A stretch of DNA of 64,000 bases from an uncultured delta proteobacterium (GCA_963699755.1 CAVOVB010000003.1:224001-288000), one strand, 5' to 3'. Shown: positions 1 through 9,515, counted from the stretch's first letter. Numbers and translations: made by a program. The notes: a model not told the origin generated them from the sequence alone.

Positions 1-361
1 GCGCAGAGAGCAGCTGCTTGGTGCCCTCGACGTTGATCGTCTCGAGCGCGTCGGGGTCCGCATTGATGTCGTAGAGCGCGGCGACGTTGAAGCAGTGCGC
101 GGCGTCGGATAGGGCCCGGAGGCCGTCCTTCGTCAGCCCGAGATTCGGCGCGGAGAGGTCGCCGCTGACCCGCCGTACTAGCGCGCCGTGGACGCCTACA
201 GCCACCCGGTCGAGAGCCTCAAGCTCGTTCTTTCGACGCTCCGCTGCGCCGCTGCGGAGCATCAAGGTCACCTTCATGCCTCGCCGAAGCAGTCGTTCGA
301 CCAGAGCGCGCCCAATCAATCCGGTTCCCCCGGTCACGAACACATGGTCGGCAGCGCTCAT
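1..361 (-). CDS. Extended SDR / NAD-dependent epimerase-reductase, N-terminal part (runs off window start)
   Basis: Manual translation from ATG at 361: MSAADHVFVTGGTGLIGRALVERLL... (TGxxGxxG), later HCFNVAALYD...INVEGT. Absent from the ORF track because it is truncated. Confidence 0.85.
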   Translation of the reverse strand, partial: MSAADHVFVTGGTGLIGRALVERLLRRGMKVTLMLRSGAAERRKNELEALDRVAVGVHGALVRRVSGDLSAPNLGLTKDGLRALSDAAHCFNVAALYDINADPDALETINVEGTKQLLSA

Positions 362-448
362 CGGAGCCGAGAATGAACCGAGCCCTCCGAGGGCGCCAGT
401 GCAGAGCCGGACGGAGATGCGCCAAAGGCTCCTGCCGATTTGCAGGCT

Positions 449-949
449 TCAGTCGCGGCCCCCGACGGTCGGGCCTTCGAACATGCCCGTTCGCGGAACC
501 TTGCTGCCGAACAGCGCGCGGAAGAAGATCGGAAGCTCGATTACCACCGTGAGCCCCGCCAGGATGAGGGCACCCCGGAGCGCAATCCGGCCCGCTTGCT
601 GGTCCTGCGGCATCCAGAGAGCAAACCCCGCGACGAAAAGAGCGGTCGCCACGAAGCCTGCAAGCGACATGATCAGAAACTGGCCACGGTCGTTTCGCTC
701 GGCGTCGTAGCTGAAGAGGAAGGGAGAGATCAGCCGCTTGGCGGGGACGTAGACGCTGCCGGTAAGATGTGCGCCGAGCAGATGGCCCCATTCGTGCAGA
801 TTGTACGCGCAGACGGCGGCGCCTAGCCCCGCGGCGATCGAAAGCGCCGAGGCGAGCCTCGGTTCCGCTTTCAAGGCGAGGCTCAGCCACCAGAGCGCGA
901 CGGTGCCCAGGAGGATCGTCAGGTCGCGGATGGCGAAGTGCCGGAACAT
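449..949 (-). CDS. Small integral membrane protein with HExxH motif (M50/site-2 peptidase-like or hypothetical)
   Basis: About 4 hydrophobic segments; NLHEWGH at the end of the second; co-oriented with neighbours. Confidence 0.6.
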   Translation of the reverse strand: MFRHFAIRDLTILLGTVALWWLSLALKAEPRLASALSIAAGLGAAVCAYNLHEWGHLLGAHLTGSVYVPAKRLISPFLFSYDAERNDRGQFLIMSLAGFVATALFVAGFALWMPQDQQAGRIALRGALILAGLTVVIELPIFFRALFGSKVPRTGMFEGPTVGGRD

Positions 950-991
950 CGAAGTTCCCTAATCCTGAGGTTCGCCTCGTCAAGGCGCGGG

Positions 992-2131
992 TCAAGCCCC
1001 CCGGAGGAGCTGCCGGCTGATGATGATGCGTTGGACGTCGGAAGTGCCCTCGTAGATCTGGGCAACCCGCACATCTCGGTAGATTTTCTCCACCGGGAGC
1101 TCTCGGGAGTAGCCATAGCCACCGAAGATTTGAATCGCATCCGAACAGATACGTTCCGCCGCCTCCGAGGCGAAGAGCTTCGCCATGCAGGCTTCCTTGA
1201 GGCAGGGTCGCCCGGCGTCCCGCAGCGCGGCCGCCTCGAGCACCATCGTGGTTGTGGCGTGGAGCTGTGTCGCCATTTCTGCGAGGCGAAACGCGACGGC
1301 CTGGTGATTCGAAATCGCCTTCCCGAAAGCCGTGCGCTCTTTGGCGTATCCGATCGCGTGCTCCAGTGCAGCCCGTGCCATACCCGCACACTGGGCCGCG
1401 ATGCCGATGCGGCCGGCTTCCAAATTGGCAAGGGCGATCCGATACCCCTCTCCTTCGTTGCCGATCAAATGGTCGGCAGGGACGAGCGCACCTTCGAAGC
1501 TCAGTTGGGCGGTGTCGGAGGCCTCTTGCCCCATCTTCTGCTCCAGGGACGCGACCCTCATCCCTGGCGTTCCCGCCGGAACGAGAAATGCGGAGATGCC
1601 GCGCTTGCCCGCCGAAGGGTCAGTCACCGCAAAGACGATCACGGCGCCCGCGATCTGCCCGGAGGTGATGAACTGCTTGGTGCCTGTGATCGAATAGCCA
1701 TCGTCGGTTCGAACCGCGCGCGTTTGAAGGTTGGATGCATCGGATCCCGCCTGCGGCTCCGTCAAGGCAAAGGCGCCGATCATTTCACCCGCTGCCAAGG
1801 GTTTGAGGTACTTCTCTCGGAGCACCTCGCTCCCGTTCGACTGCAAAATTGCGCAGACCGGCGCGTTGTTGACACTCATGATCGTCGACACCGCGCCATC
1901 CCCGGCGGCGATCTCCATCAACGCCAAGGCATACGACACGTAGTCGAGCCCGGCGCCTCCACAGGCCTCGGGCACGGTCATGCCCATGAAACCGAGCGCG
2001 CCCATCTCGCGGAGCGCGTCGAGCTCCACGGCCCCGGCCGCTTCCCATCTTCTGCTGTTCGGCGCCAATCGTTCGGCCGCGAAGCGCGCCGCCGACGCGC
2101 GAATCATTTCTTGCTGCTCGGTGAGGATCAT
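992..2131 (-). CDS. Acyl-CoA dehydrogenase
   Basis: FALTEPQAGSDA, GTKQFITSG, QIFGGYGY and IYEGTSDVQR motifs. Confidence 0.97.
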   Translation of the reverse strand: MILTEQQEMIRASAARFAAERLAPNSRRWEAAGAVELDALREMGALGFMGMTVPEACGGAGLDYVSYALALMEIAAGDGAVSTIMSVNNAPVCAILQSNGSEVLREKYLKPLAAGEMIGAFALTEPQAGSDASNLQTRAVRTDDGYSITGTKQFITSGQIAGAVIVFAVTDPSAGKRGISAFLVPAGTPGMRVASLEQKMGQEASDTAQLSFEGALVPADHLIGNEGEGYRIALANLEAGRIGIAAQCAGMARAALEHAIGYAKERTAFGKAISNHQAVAFRLAEMATQLHATTTMVLEAAALRDAGRPCLKEACMAKLFASEAAERICSDAIQIFGGYGYSRELPVEKIYRDVRVAQIYEGTSDVQRIIISRQLLRGA

Positions 2132-2175
2132 GGTCAGTCTCGGGATAGAACAGCCGTCGTCTCCGCGCTAGCCGT

Positions 2176-3213
2176 TCAGAGGCTCTCGTAGTACTGGCGA
2201 GCTTCGACCGCGGTTCGCCGAAGGCCCTCGGTCGTGTCGACTAGGGGCGCATAGCCCAGGTCCCGCTTGGCCTTGTCGATCGAGAAGTAGTGGTCGATGT
2301 CACAGAGCTTCACGTTCGCCGTCGTGAACAAGGGTTTCGCGACGCCCAAGACTTGATAGACCCGCTCCATCACAGTGCCCATCGCCCGCGCCACCGGGTC
2401 GGGCACGCGCAGTAAGCGGGGTTCGAGCCCCATGTTCTTCACCAGCTCGATGCTGAACTGACCCGCGTTGATGGGAGTCTCATCGCTCAAGAAATACGCC
2501 TCCCCGCAAACGGGCGAGCCCTCGAACAGGCGCTCGGCCGCGCGGAGCTCCGCGTCGACGAGATTGTCGATGTAGACGTAATCGAGCCGCGCCTCGCCGT
2601 TGCCAAACACCACGAGCGGTACGCCCATCTTGAGTGCGCGAACGAGGCGTCCATAGGTCATCCGTTCGCCGGGACCGTAGATCCCGCCCGGACGAAGCGC
2701 GCAGGTCAAGAGCCCGTCCTTGCCGTTCGCCTCGAGCACCGCGCGTTCTCCAGCGATCTTGGTGCTCGTGTAGAGGTCCCGAGACCTGCTGTACGGAGCC
2801 GACTCGTCGCCCCCTGCCGCGTCCATGCAGAACGAAGCGACGATCGAGCTCGTATGAACCAAACGCCGCACGCCGTTCTCTCGGGCCGCGCGAATCACGT
2901 TTTGCGTGCCACCGACGTTGATCGACTCGATGGTCCGGGCGACCGAACGTCTTGCGTGCGTCAGCGCTTCGATCACCGCCGCCGTGTGGAACACGGTGTC
3001 GACGTCTTTGCACGCCGCCAGCACGTCGGCGTGATTCCTGACGTCGCCTTGAAACCAGCGAACACCAACCTGGCGCTCCGGCGGGTCCGCCGTGTCGAGC
3101 ACGTTCACCGGGCAGCCCTTGGCACGAAGCGCGCTCACGAGATTTCGTCCGAGAAACCCGGCTCCCCCCGTGACGAGGCAACGCTTTGTGTCCAGTGGCG
3201 AGAGGTTCAGCAT
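2176..3213 (-). CDS. 3-beta-hydroxysteroid dehydrogenase-like extended SDR
   Basis: TGGAGFLG, VFHTAA, YTSTK (YxxxK), LRPGGIYGPGE, DYVYIDN. Confidence 0.85.
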   Translation of the reverse strand: MLNLSPLDTKRCLVTGGAGFLGRNLVSALRAKGCPVNVLDTADPPERQVGVRWFQGDVRNHADVLAACKDVDTVFHTAAVIEALTHARRSVARTIESINVGGTQNVIRAARENGVRRLVHTSSIVASFCMDAAGGDESAPYSRSRDLYTSTKIAGERAVLEANGKDGLLTCALRPGGIYGPGERMTYGRLVRALKMGVPLVVFGNGEARLDYVYIDNLVDAELRAAERLFEGSPVCGEAYFLSDETPINAGQFSIELVKNMGLEPRLLRVPDPVARAMGTVMERVYQVLGVAKPLFTTANVKLCDIDHYFSIDKAKRDLGYAPLVDTTEGLRRTAVEARQYYESL

Positions 3214-3243
3214 GTCGCGCGACTAGTTAGCCCCGGTCGTAGC

Positions 3244-3259
3244 TGTGAACAAGCTCACA
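3244..3259. promoter_or_regulatory. CRP-type palindromic box
   Basis: TGTGA-ACAAGC-TCACA, perfect consensus, intergenic. Confidence 0.75.
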
Positions 3260-3307
3260 AATACAGGCCGCTTGGAGCAATTTTCCAACAATTCTAAGCG
3301 GCTGCAG

Positions 3308-3338
3308 AATGATCCTATTGACGAGCAGGCCCTTGGTG
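3308..3338 (+). promoter_or_regulatory. Putative sigma70-type promoter
   Basis: TTGACG-N19-TAGACT (long spacer) upstream of the 3420 gene. Confidence 0.45.
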
Positions 3339-3419
3339 AGGTTAGACTCAGTCCTCTGCGTGAGCCGAGAGTCCGGCGGTGTACTCCCCGTCCTGCCGGA
3401 GGTCGTACCAAGGAAACTG

Positions 3420-4535
3420 ATGATGAATCGGAGCTCGTTACAGGCGCTTGCCTGGTCCCTCATTCTTGGCCTCACCGCGTTTGGCTGCGGAAGCAGCGGC
3501 GGCGAGCCATTTGATCCCTGTGCCGCGTTCTTGCGAATCAACCTCGAACTGAGCGACGGCACCGTCATCAACGCCGTGGACTACGAAATCAGTCGCAATG
3601 GCATGCCGACCATGGCCGGCACCATCAATACGAGCGCGCCCGGGTCCACGGCTTCGGTAGAGACCTTCGGCATTCCGGAGGGTGAGGGCTATGTCGTGGA
3701 GATGGTCGCAACCTCGGTCGATGGCAAGCTCACCTGTGGCGGCCGCGCGACCTTTGATATTGCCTCTGGCATCAGGACCGAGGTTGACGTCATCCTCAAC
3801 TGCAAGGCCACCCAAGAGTTCGGTGGCGTTCGCGTCAACGGGAAGCTCAACATCTGCGCGGAGCTCGAGAAGGTCATCGTCGCGCCGCTTCAGACCGCTA
3901 CCGGATATTCTCTCGCGCTCCAGGCACAGGCCAGTGACGAAGAGGGCGACTCCTTTGAGTACAGCTGGTCCGCAACGGGCGGCTCGATCGATGACGCCGG
4001 CGCTGTGGAGACGGTCTTCACCTGCGCTGACGCCGATGAAGAACAGATCACGATCGAAGTCTCCGACGACGGATTCAAGTACTGCATCGACGACTGGATG
4101 ATCACAGTCAACTGCGTGCCTGACGACGGCACGGGCGGCACCGGTGGCAGCGCAGGCAGCGGCGGTTCAGGCGGCGACGGCGGCAGCGGCGGCACAGGCG
4201 GCACTGGCGGAAGCGGCGGCACAGGCGGCACTGGCGGAAGCGGTGGCTCGGGTGGCACTGGCGGCAGCGGCGGCACAGGCGGCACTGGCGGAAGCGGCGG
4301 CACAGGCGGCACCGGCGGAAGCGGTGGCTCGGGTGGCACCGGCGGAAGCGGTGGCTCGGGTGGCACCGGCGGAAGCGGTGGCTCGGGTGGCACTGGCGGA
4401 AGCGGTGGCTCGGGTGGCACCGGCGGAAGCGGTGGCTCGGGTGGCACCGGCGGAAGCGGTGGCGGCGGCGGCGCCGGTGGGTCCGGTGGCAGCGGAATCC
4501 CGGCCGAGTGCCTTGTCTCTCTCTCCGTTCGCTAG
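3420..4535 (+). CDS. Surface lipoprotein: shared N-terminal module + Ig/PKD-like domain + long Gly/Ser/Thr tail
   Basis: AAGGAA then ATGATG at 3420/3423; lipobox AFGC; N-half strongly similar to 20492..22318 (SAPGSTASVExFGxP, GxVRVNGxxNICAEL). Confidence 0.85.
   Translation: MMNRSSLQALAWSLILGLTAFGCGSSGGEPFDPCAAFLRINLELSDGTVINAVDYEISRNGMPTMAGTINTSAPGSTASVETFGIPEGEGYVVEMVATSVDGKLTCGGRATFDIASGIRTEVDVILNCKATQEFGGVRVNGKLNICAELEKVIVAPLQTATGYSLALQAQASDEEGDSFEYSWSATGGSIDDAGAVETVFTCADADEEQITIEVSDDGFKYCIDDWMITVNCVPDDGTGGTGGSAGSGGSGGDGGSGGTGGTGGSGGTGGTGGSGGSGGTGGSGGTGGTGGSGGTGGTGGSGGSGGTGGSGGSGGTGGSGGSGGTGGSGGSGGTGGSGGSGGTGGSGGGGGAGGSGGSGIPAECLVSLSVR
4128..4496 (+). repeat. Coding Gly-rich repeat (GGS/GGT)n including five 27-bp units at 4314-4448
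   Basis: Unit ggcggaagcggtggctcgggtggcacy at 4314, 4341, 4368, 4395 and 4422. Confidence 0.95.
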
Positions 4536-4657
4536 GTCACAGGTAGCCACGGCGGTAGCCGGTCGGACATTTTTGACCGAATCGGGGCGCTGGGCCATTT
4601 CCGCGCAATGGCGCCAAGAGCGTGAATCTTCTGCCTTTTGGCCTCGTCCCCCTACGG

Positions 4658-4673
4658 TGGCATGGGCTCTGCA
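4658..4673 (+). promoter_or_regulatory. Putative sigma54 promoter
   Basis: TGGCATG-GGCT-CTGCA (GG-N10-GC), followed by GGAGG and ATG at 4702. Confidence 0.55.
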
Positions 4674-4701
4674 TCGAGTCGGCCCAGTCGGAGGACACGA
4701 A

Positions 4702-5316
4702 ATGGATTCTTACGGTCACCCTAGGCAAACTTCGCGGATGAGTTGGCTCACTTTGCCTGGCCTATTGCTGGCGGTGTTCGTTTTGGCGACGAACCCTGTT
4801 CACGCAGCGGGCGAGCCCGATGTGCGAACGGCGCAGATCAGTGAAGCGGGGTCCAAGATTTCGTGGGGGCATGCGGTCGGGGTCATCGATCGGCCGATCG
4901 ACCAGGTCCTTCCGGTCGTCGTCGACTACGGCAACTATGCGCACTTCATGCCGAACTTCACGAAGTCCAAGGTGCTCGCCCAACGCGGAAATCGCGCCAT
5001 GGTCTACATGGAAGTCAGCGTGGCGGCTGGGACGTTCACGCTCTGGGGGCAGTTCAAGTTGTCCGAGACCTCTGTCGATGGCGACGCGCGTCTCATCGAG
5101 GCGCGCCTCCTCGAAGGCAACATGGACGCGTTCAGCGCCAGCTGGCGCCTGACCCCGATCGACGATGGCGCGCGCACGGAGGTCGACTTCAAGCTCTACG
5201 TCGATCCGGACATGCCCTTGCCGTCATCGGTGTTCAGCCGCGAGAACGAACGCGCTGCCGGCAACACGATTCGCGCGCTTCGCAGCAGGTTGGCCCGCGC
5301 CGCCGAGCCGTCCTGA
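4702..5316 (+). CDS. Secreted SRPBCC/START (polyketide cyclase-like) protein
   Basis: GGAGG RBS; signal peptide ending VHA; VVDYGNYAHFMP...ASWRLTP...TEVDFKLYVDP pattern. Confidence 0.8.
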   Translation: MDSYGHPRQTSRMSWLTLPGLLLAVFVLATNPVHAAGEPDVRTAQISEAGSKISWGHAVGVIDRPIDQVLPVVVDYGNYAHFMPNFTKSKVLAQRGNRAMVYMEVSVAAGTFTLWGQFKLSETSVDGDARLIEARLLEGNMDAFSASWRLTPIDDGARTEVDFKLYVDPDMPLPSSVFSRENERAAGNTIRALRSRLARAAEPS

Positions 5317-5335
5317 GCGGGACCCCCAAAGGCCT

Positions 5336-5515
5336 CTACGGATGTCCGTAGAACCCGTAGTCGTAGCGGTCGATTGGCGCGCGGTAGAACACGTCGCCGT
5401 AGTAGTCCTGGGTGTAGCCGTAGCCCACGTAGCCGCCCGACACGTAGCAAGTCGACGCCCCGAGGCAGCAGACCAACGCCATCAAGAGCACGAATCGTCC
5501 GATGAACCGTTTCAT
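5336..5515 (-). CDS. Small (59 aa) exported Tyr/Gly-rich hypothetical protein
   Basis: MKRFIGRFVLLMALVCCLGASTC...; ATGA overlap with the stop of the upstream VOC gene. Confidence 0.65.
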   Translation of the reverse strand: MKRFIGRFVLLMALVCCLGASTCYVSGGYVGYGYTQDYYGDVFYRAPIDRYDYGFYGHP

Positions 5516-6384
5516 GGGCTGACCTCCGCTTGGGGCGACCACTTTTGAAGCGCGACCGGGGCGCCTGAAGGGTCCAGGACCAGAGCGAGGGTTCCGTCAC
5601 GAACGTCGGGCCGGGGTGCCAGGACGACACGGCCCCCGAGGCTAGGAACGCGCTCCGCCAGCGCGGCTGGGTCCTCTACGCGCACGTAGGGGATCCAGGC
5701 GGATCGGGTCTTCTCGAAGGGGTTGTGCAAGACCCCGGCGCGCGCGTCGCCCGAGCTCCAAAGGACGCGGTAGTCCGAGCCAGGCTTCTTCGCGAGCTCT
5801 TCGACGCGGTAGCCGAATGCGGTCTGGTAGAACTCGACGGCGCGCTCGGCGTGGTTCGCCAGGAGCTCGTGCCAGAGCCAGGTGTAGACCGCGGGCTCGG
5901 CGTCGGGCGGATCGCCCTTGCTCGATGCCAAGAGATGCAACACGGCACCGTCCGGATCCTCGACGGTGACCACCCGCCCGACCCCAGACACCTCGATCGG
6001 CGCTTCGAGTTGCTTCCCGCCAGCTTTGTCGATGGCTGCAAGGGACGCGTCGAGGTCCGGAACCGACATCGCGCTCAGCCAGTGGGCGCCCCTCGACGTC
6101 TTCCCCGTCTTGCTCGTGTCGAGGATGCCGCCGAGGTTCTGTCCCTGGTAGCGGATAACGCTGTACCCTCCATCGTCCTTGACTTCGAACTCCCAGCCGA
6201 AAAGCTCGCCGTAAAACCGGCGGGCTGCTTCGCCGTCGCCGGTGATGAGATTGTGCCAGACGAATTTCCCCGGAAGCTGGGGCGTGGCGGGTCCCTCCAC
6301 GAGAGGCGGAAGGCTAGTGCTACGGCTGCAGCCGGGGAGCGAGGCTGCGCAGAGTAAGGCTAGGGCGATCGTCAGTCGATGCAT
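5512..6384 (-). CDS. VOC/glyoxalase-family lipoprotein (two VOC domains)
   Basis: Lipobox LPGC; PGKFVWHNL...FYGELFGW and WHELL...FYQTAFGY; DPDGA/DPSGA. Confidence 0.9.
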   Translation of the reverse strand: MHRLTIALALLCAASLPGCSRSTSLPPLVEGPATPQLPGKFVWHNLITGDGEAARRFYGELFGWEFEVKDDGGYSVIRYQGQNLGGILDTSKTGKTSRGAHWLSAMSVPDLDASLAAIDKAGGKQLEAPIEVSGVGRVVTVEDPDGAVLHLLASSKGDPPDAEPAVYTWLWHELLANHAERAVEFYQTAFGYRVEELAKKPGSDYRVLWSSGDARAGVLHNPFEKTRSAWIPYVRVEDPAALAERVPSLGGRVVLAPRPDVRDGTLALVLDPSGAPVALQKWSPQAEVSP

Positions 6385-6498
6385 GAGACTTCAATACTTC
6401 CCTTCGAAGCTGGGCGCAGCATACACCATCGGGAACGTTCATGCGCGTTCCCTCTCGCTCTTCTCGGCGTCACCGGCTCGAGCTGAGCCCAGCTTTGC

Positions 6499-7500
6499 TC
6501 ACTCCGCGGCGTCCACGAGTCGGGCCAGCATCGCATCGCGGCCATGCGGCTGGTTGAAGTCGACCCTCGGGCCCATCGGGACGATTCGAGTTGGGTTGAT
6601 GGTCTCGTGGCTGCCGTAGTAGTGCTGCTTGATGTGGTGCATATTCACGGTGCCTCGGACGCCCGGCACTTGGTAGAGCTCGCGCGTGTAGGCCCAGAGG
6701 TTCGGGTAGTCGACGATCCGGCGAAGGTTCGTCTTGAAGTGACCCACGTAGACTGCATCGAAGCGCACCAGCGTGGTGAAGAGCCGCCAATCGGCTTCGG
6801 TCATCTGCTCACCGACGAGGTAGCGCTGCCTCGCAAGACGCTCCTCGAGCCAGTCCAGCGTATCGAAGAGGGCAACGAGTGCTTTTTCGTAGGCCTCCTG
6901 GGTCGTCGCGAAGCCGCACTTGTACACGCCGTTGTTGAGCGTGTGATAGACGCGCTCGTTCACCGCGTCGATTTCGTCGCGAAGCTCTTCCGGATAGAAG
7001 TCGCCTGGTCTGGCCCCGAGGTGATCGAACGCAGAGTTGAACATCCGGATGATCTCCGAAGACTCATTGCTGACGATGGTCCCTGTCTTCTTGTCCCAAA
7101 GCATCGGCACCGTGACCCGCCCGCTGAAGCGATGGTCGGACGCGGTGTAGAGCTCGTGAAGAAACTCTGCATGCAAAACCGGGTCGGGAATCACTCCGTC
7201 CCCTTCGCGGAAGGTCCAACCCTGCGCGCCCATGAAGTGATTCACCACGGAGACGCCGACCATGTCCTCGAGTCCCTTGAGCCGCCTGAAGATCAGGGTC
7301 CGGTGGGCCCAGGGGCAGGCATAGGACACGTACAGATGATACCGATCAGCCTCTGCTTTGAATGCTCTGCCGCTCGGCGCGGTCTCGCCGTCCATCGTGA
7401 TCCAGTTCCTGAATTTCGCGTCGGCCCGCACGAACTTTCCGCCCGTGCTCTTCGTGTCGTACCAAACGTCTCGCCAAACGCCTTCAACTAGCTTTCCCAT
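6499..7500 (-). CDS. yqjG: Glutathionyl-hydroquinone reductase (GST Xi/ECM4 class)
   Basis: MGKLVEGVW start; YVSYACPWAHR, RVTVPMLWDKK, NNGVYKCGFA, HIKQHYYGSH. Confidence 0.95.
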   Translation of the reverse strand: MGKLVEGVWRDVWYDTKSTGGKFVRADAKFRNWITMDGETAPSGRAFKAEADRYHLYVSYACPWAHRTLIFRRLKGLEDMVGVSVVNHFMGAQGWTFREGDGVIPDPVLHAEFLHELYTASDHRFSGRVTVPMLWDKKTGTIVSNESSEIIRMFNSAFDHLGARPGDFYPEELRDEIDAVNERVYHTLNNGVYKCGFATTQEAYEKALVALFDTLDWLEERLARQRYLVGEQMTEADWRLFTTLVRFDAVYVGHFKTNLRRIVDYPNLWAYTRELYQVPGVRGTVNMHHIKQHYYGSHETINPTRIVPMGPRVDFNQPHGRDAMLARLVDAAE

Positions 7501-7522
7501 CTCGTGTCCTCTTTCCTCGGCG

Positions 7523-8533
7523 CTAACGCAGGCGGCCCATCCTGCCACTTTGATAGTCCGCGAAGGCCTGGCCGATCTCTTCTCGCGTGTTCATGACGAA
7601 GGGCCCATAGGCCACGACCGGCTCGTCGAGCGGCTGTCCCGCGAGCACCAGCACGCGCGCACCCGTGTTCGCGTGGAGCTGCACCGCCCCGTCGTCGTCG
7701 CGATCGAAGACCCCAAAGTGCCGCGACCCGATCAGCTCTCGATCAGGGCCGGCCGTCACGTCTCCTTCGAGCGGGAACACCAGCGTCGTCCAGCCCACAG
7801 GGAGCTCCACCTCCGAAGTGCCGTCCTCGTGGAAGCGAAGATCAAAGGTCGTGATCGGCGTGTGCGTCTGAGCAGGGCCCGTCTTGCCCGCAAGACTACC
7901 GGCAACCAGACGCCCCTCGGCCGCTCCGAGTTGCAAGCGCGGGAACTCCCGATCGAGGAGCGGCTGGTATCGTGGCTCGCTCATCTTCTTGCTCGCGGGG
8001 AGGTTCACCCAGAGCTGCACCATCTCGAAGTCACCACCCCGTTCGGAAAACGACTGAGAATGCTTCTCTTCGTGAACCACCCCCGAGGCGGCGGTCATCC
8101 ACTGAACGTCACCAGGTCCGATCCGCCCACCGCCTCCCGCGGAGTCGCGGTGCTCGACCTCCCCCTCGTAGGCGAAGGTCACCGTCTCGAAGCCTCGGTG
8201 CGGGTGCTCGCCTACGCCCCGCCGATAGGGGGAAGCATCGAAGCGCCTGCGCGCCGCATGATCGAGCAAGAGGAACGGGCTCAGCATCTGCGCGTCGAGC
8301 TGAGGCCAGAACACCGTCTTCACGTAGAAGCCGTCCCCAACCCAGTGCTCAGGCCCAGGCGGAAAGACCCCTTGAACTGCCCTTGCGGACGTCTTTGCGT
8401 TGGCAGCTGCTTTCATGTTCGCCTCCCTCTTGCGACGTCCAAGGAGCCCCGGCGCGAACGCCCAGCCCATCGTCGCGGCTCCTAGGGCAGCGACCGCCGC
8501 CAGCACGCCTCGTCGCGACGTCCCTCGGTCCAT
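7523..8533 (-). CDS. Pirin-family protein (alternative start 8416)
   Basis: HWVGDGF, SPFLLLDH, HPHRGFETVT, QWMTAASGVVHEE, GPFVMN. Confidence 0.95.
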   Translation of the reverse strand: MDRGTSRRGVLAAVAALGAATMGWAFAPGLLGRRKREANMKAAANAKTSARAVQGVFPPGPEHWVGDGFYVKTVFWPQLDAQMLSPFLLLDHAARRRFDASPYRRGVGEHPHRGFETVTFAYEGEVEHRDSAGGGGRIGPGDVQWMTAASGVVHEEKHSQSFSERGGDFEMVQLWVNLPASKKMSEPRYQPLLDREFPRLQLGAAEGRLVAGSLAGKTGPAQTHTPITTFDLRFHEDGTSEVELPVGWTTLVFPLEGDVTAGPDRELIGSRHFGVFDRDDDGAVQLHANTGARVLVLAGQPLDEPVVAYGPFVMNTREEIGQAFADYQSGRMGRLR

Positions 8534-8590
8534 GCCGTGTCTCTAGAAACGACGGAGAGACCCTGGTAGGCCGCGTTCGATTGACATAAT

Positions 8591-8606
8591 GTTGCAAAAA
8601 CGCAAC
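8591..8606. promoter_or_regulatory. LysR-type binding site
   Basis: Inverted repeat GTTGC-AAAAAC-GCAAC containing T-N11-A, between divergent pirin and LysR genes; TTGACA at 8581. Confidence 0.65.
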
Positions 8607-8618
8607 GATATCTGCTCC

Positions 8619-9515
8619 ATGGCGATAGATAAGGACAATATTGCAACTTTTGTGGAGGTAATTCGGCGCAATAGCCTGGCCGGAGCGGCGAGGCACCTTG
8701 GTGTGCCCAAGTCGACGGTGAGCCGCCGTCTGGCCCGCTTGGAGGAGCAGCTCGACACGAAGCTCGTCCATCGAGACGCGCGCCGACTGACCCCAACTCG
8801 GGAAGGGAGCCGCTTCTATGACTCGGTGGTCGACGCCATCGATGCCCTAGATACGGCGGTCGCGAGCATCGAAGAGAGCACGACCCAACCGCGCGGCACC
8901 ATCAGGATCACCGCGCCGAGCGATCTCGGCCGCATGATCTTACTTCGCGAGCTCGGGAGCTTCCTCGAGCGCTATCCCGAGATCTCCCTCGACCTGGTGC
9001 TCACCAATCGCTTCGTCGACCTGGTCCAGGAGCGTGTCGACCTCGCCGTACGCGCAGGGCAGGTGCGCGAGCCGAACCTCATCGCGCGAAAGCTCCTGCC
9101 TTCGGACTTCCAACTCGCCGCGCCTGTGGATCATGACATCGAGTGCACCGACGTGAGTGGCCTGGAGGCGCATCCGTTCGTCTTGTACCGAAGGCGAGGG
9201 CGCACACAGGTCCTTCGCCTCGAGCGCGGGCACGGCGAGGAACACGAGGCGGTGGAGCTCACCGTCACCGGCCGCGTCAACGTCGATGACTATGGTGCGA
9301 TGGTCGAGCTCGTGGCAGCTGGGCAGGGCATTGGGCTTATGCCTGCGCTCCACGTCGCCGAGGGCGAGCAAGCGGGGCGGCTCGTCCGAATCTTCCCGCA
9401 ATGGTCCTTGCCCGCGTCGCCCATCCATCTGCTGTACTCGACCAGGCAGCTCCCCGAACGCGTTCGATTGCTCGCCGATTTCCTCTGCGACCGGCTCCGC
9501 ACGCCCGCGTCCTGA
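8619..9515 (+). CDS. LysR-family transcriptional regulator
   Basis: SLAGAARHLGVPKSTVSRRLARLE HTH; PRGTIRITAP, VDLAVR; divergent from pirin. Confidence 0.95.
   Translation: MAIDKDNIATFVEVIRRNSLAGAARHLGVPKSTVSRRLARLEEQLDTKLVHRDARRLTPTREGSRFYDSVVDAIDALDTAVASIEESTTQPRGTIRITAPSDLGRMILLRELGSFLERYPEISLDLVLTNRFVDLVQERVDLAVRAGQVREPNLIARKLLPSDFQLAAPVDHDIECTDVSGLEAHPFVLYRRRGRTQVLRLERGHGEEHEAVELTVTGRVNVDDYGAMVELVAAGQGIGLMPALHVAEGEQAGRLVRIFPQWSLPASPIHLLYSTRQLPERVRLLADFLCDRLRTPAS

Noticed and set aside
938..2191. Long antisense or alternate-frame ORFs here and elsewhere (e.g. 17543..19240, 22061..23734, 35719..37347, 54467..55474)
   Set aside because: Shadows of real genes, expected in high-GC DNA; Arg/Pro/Ser-rich with no motifs.
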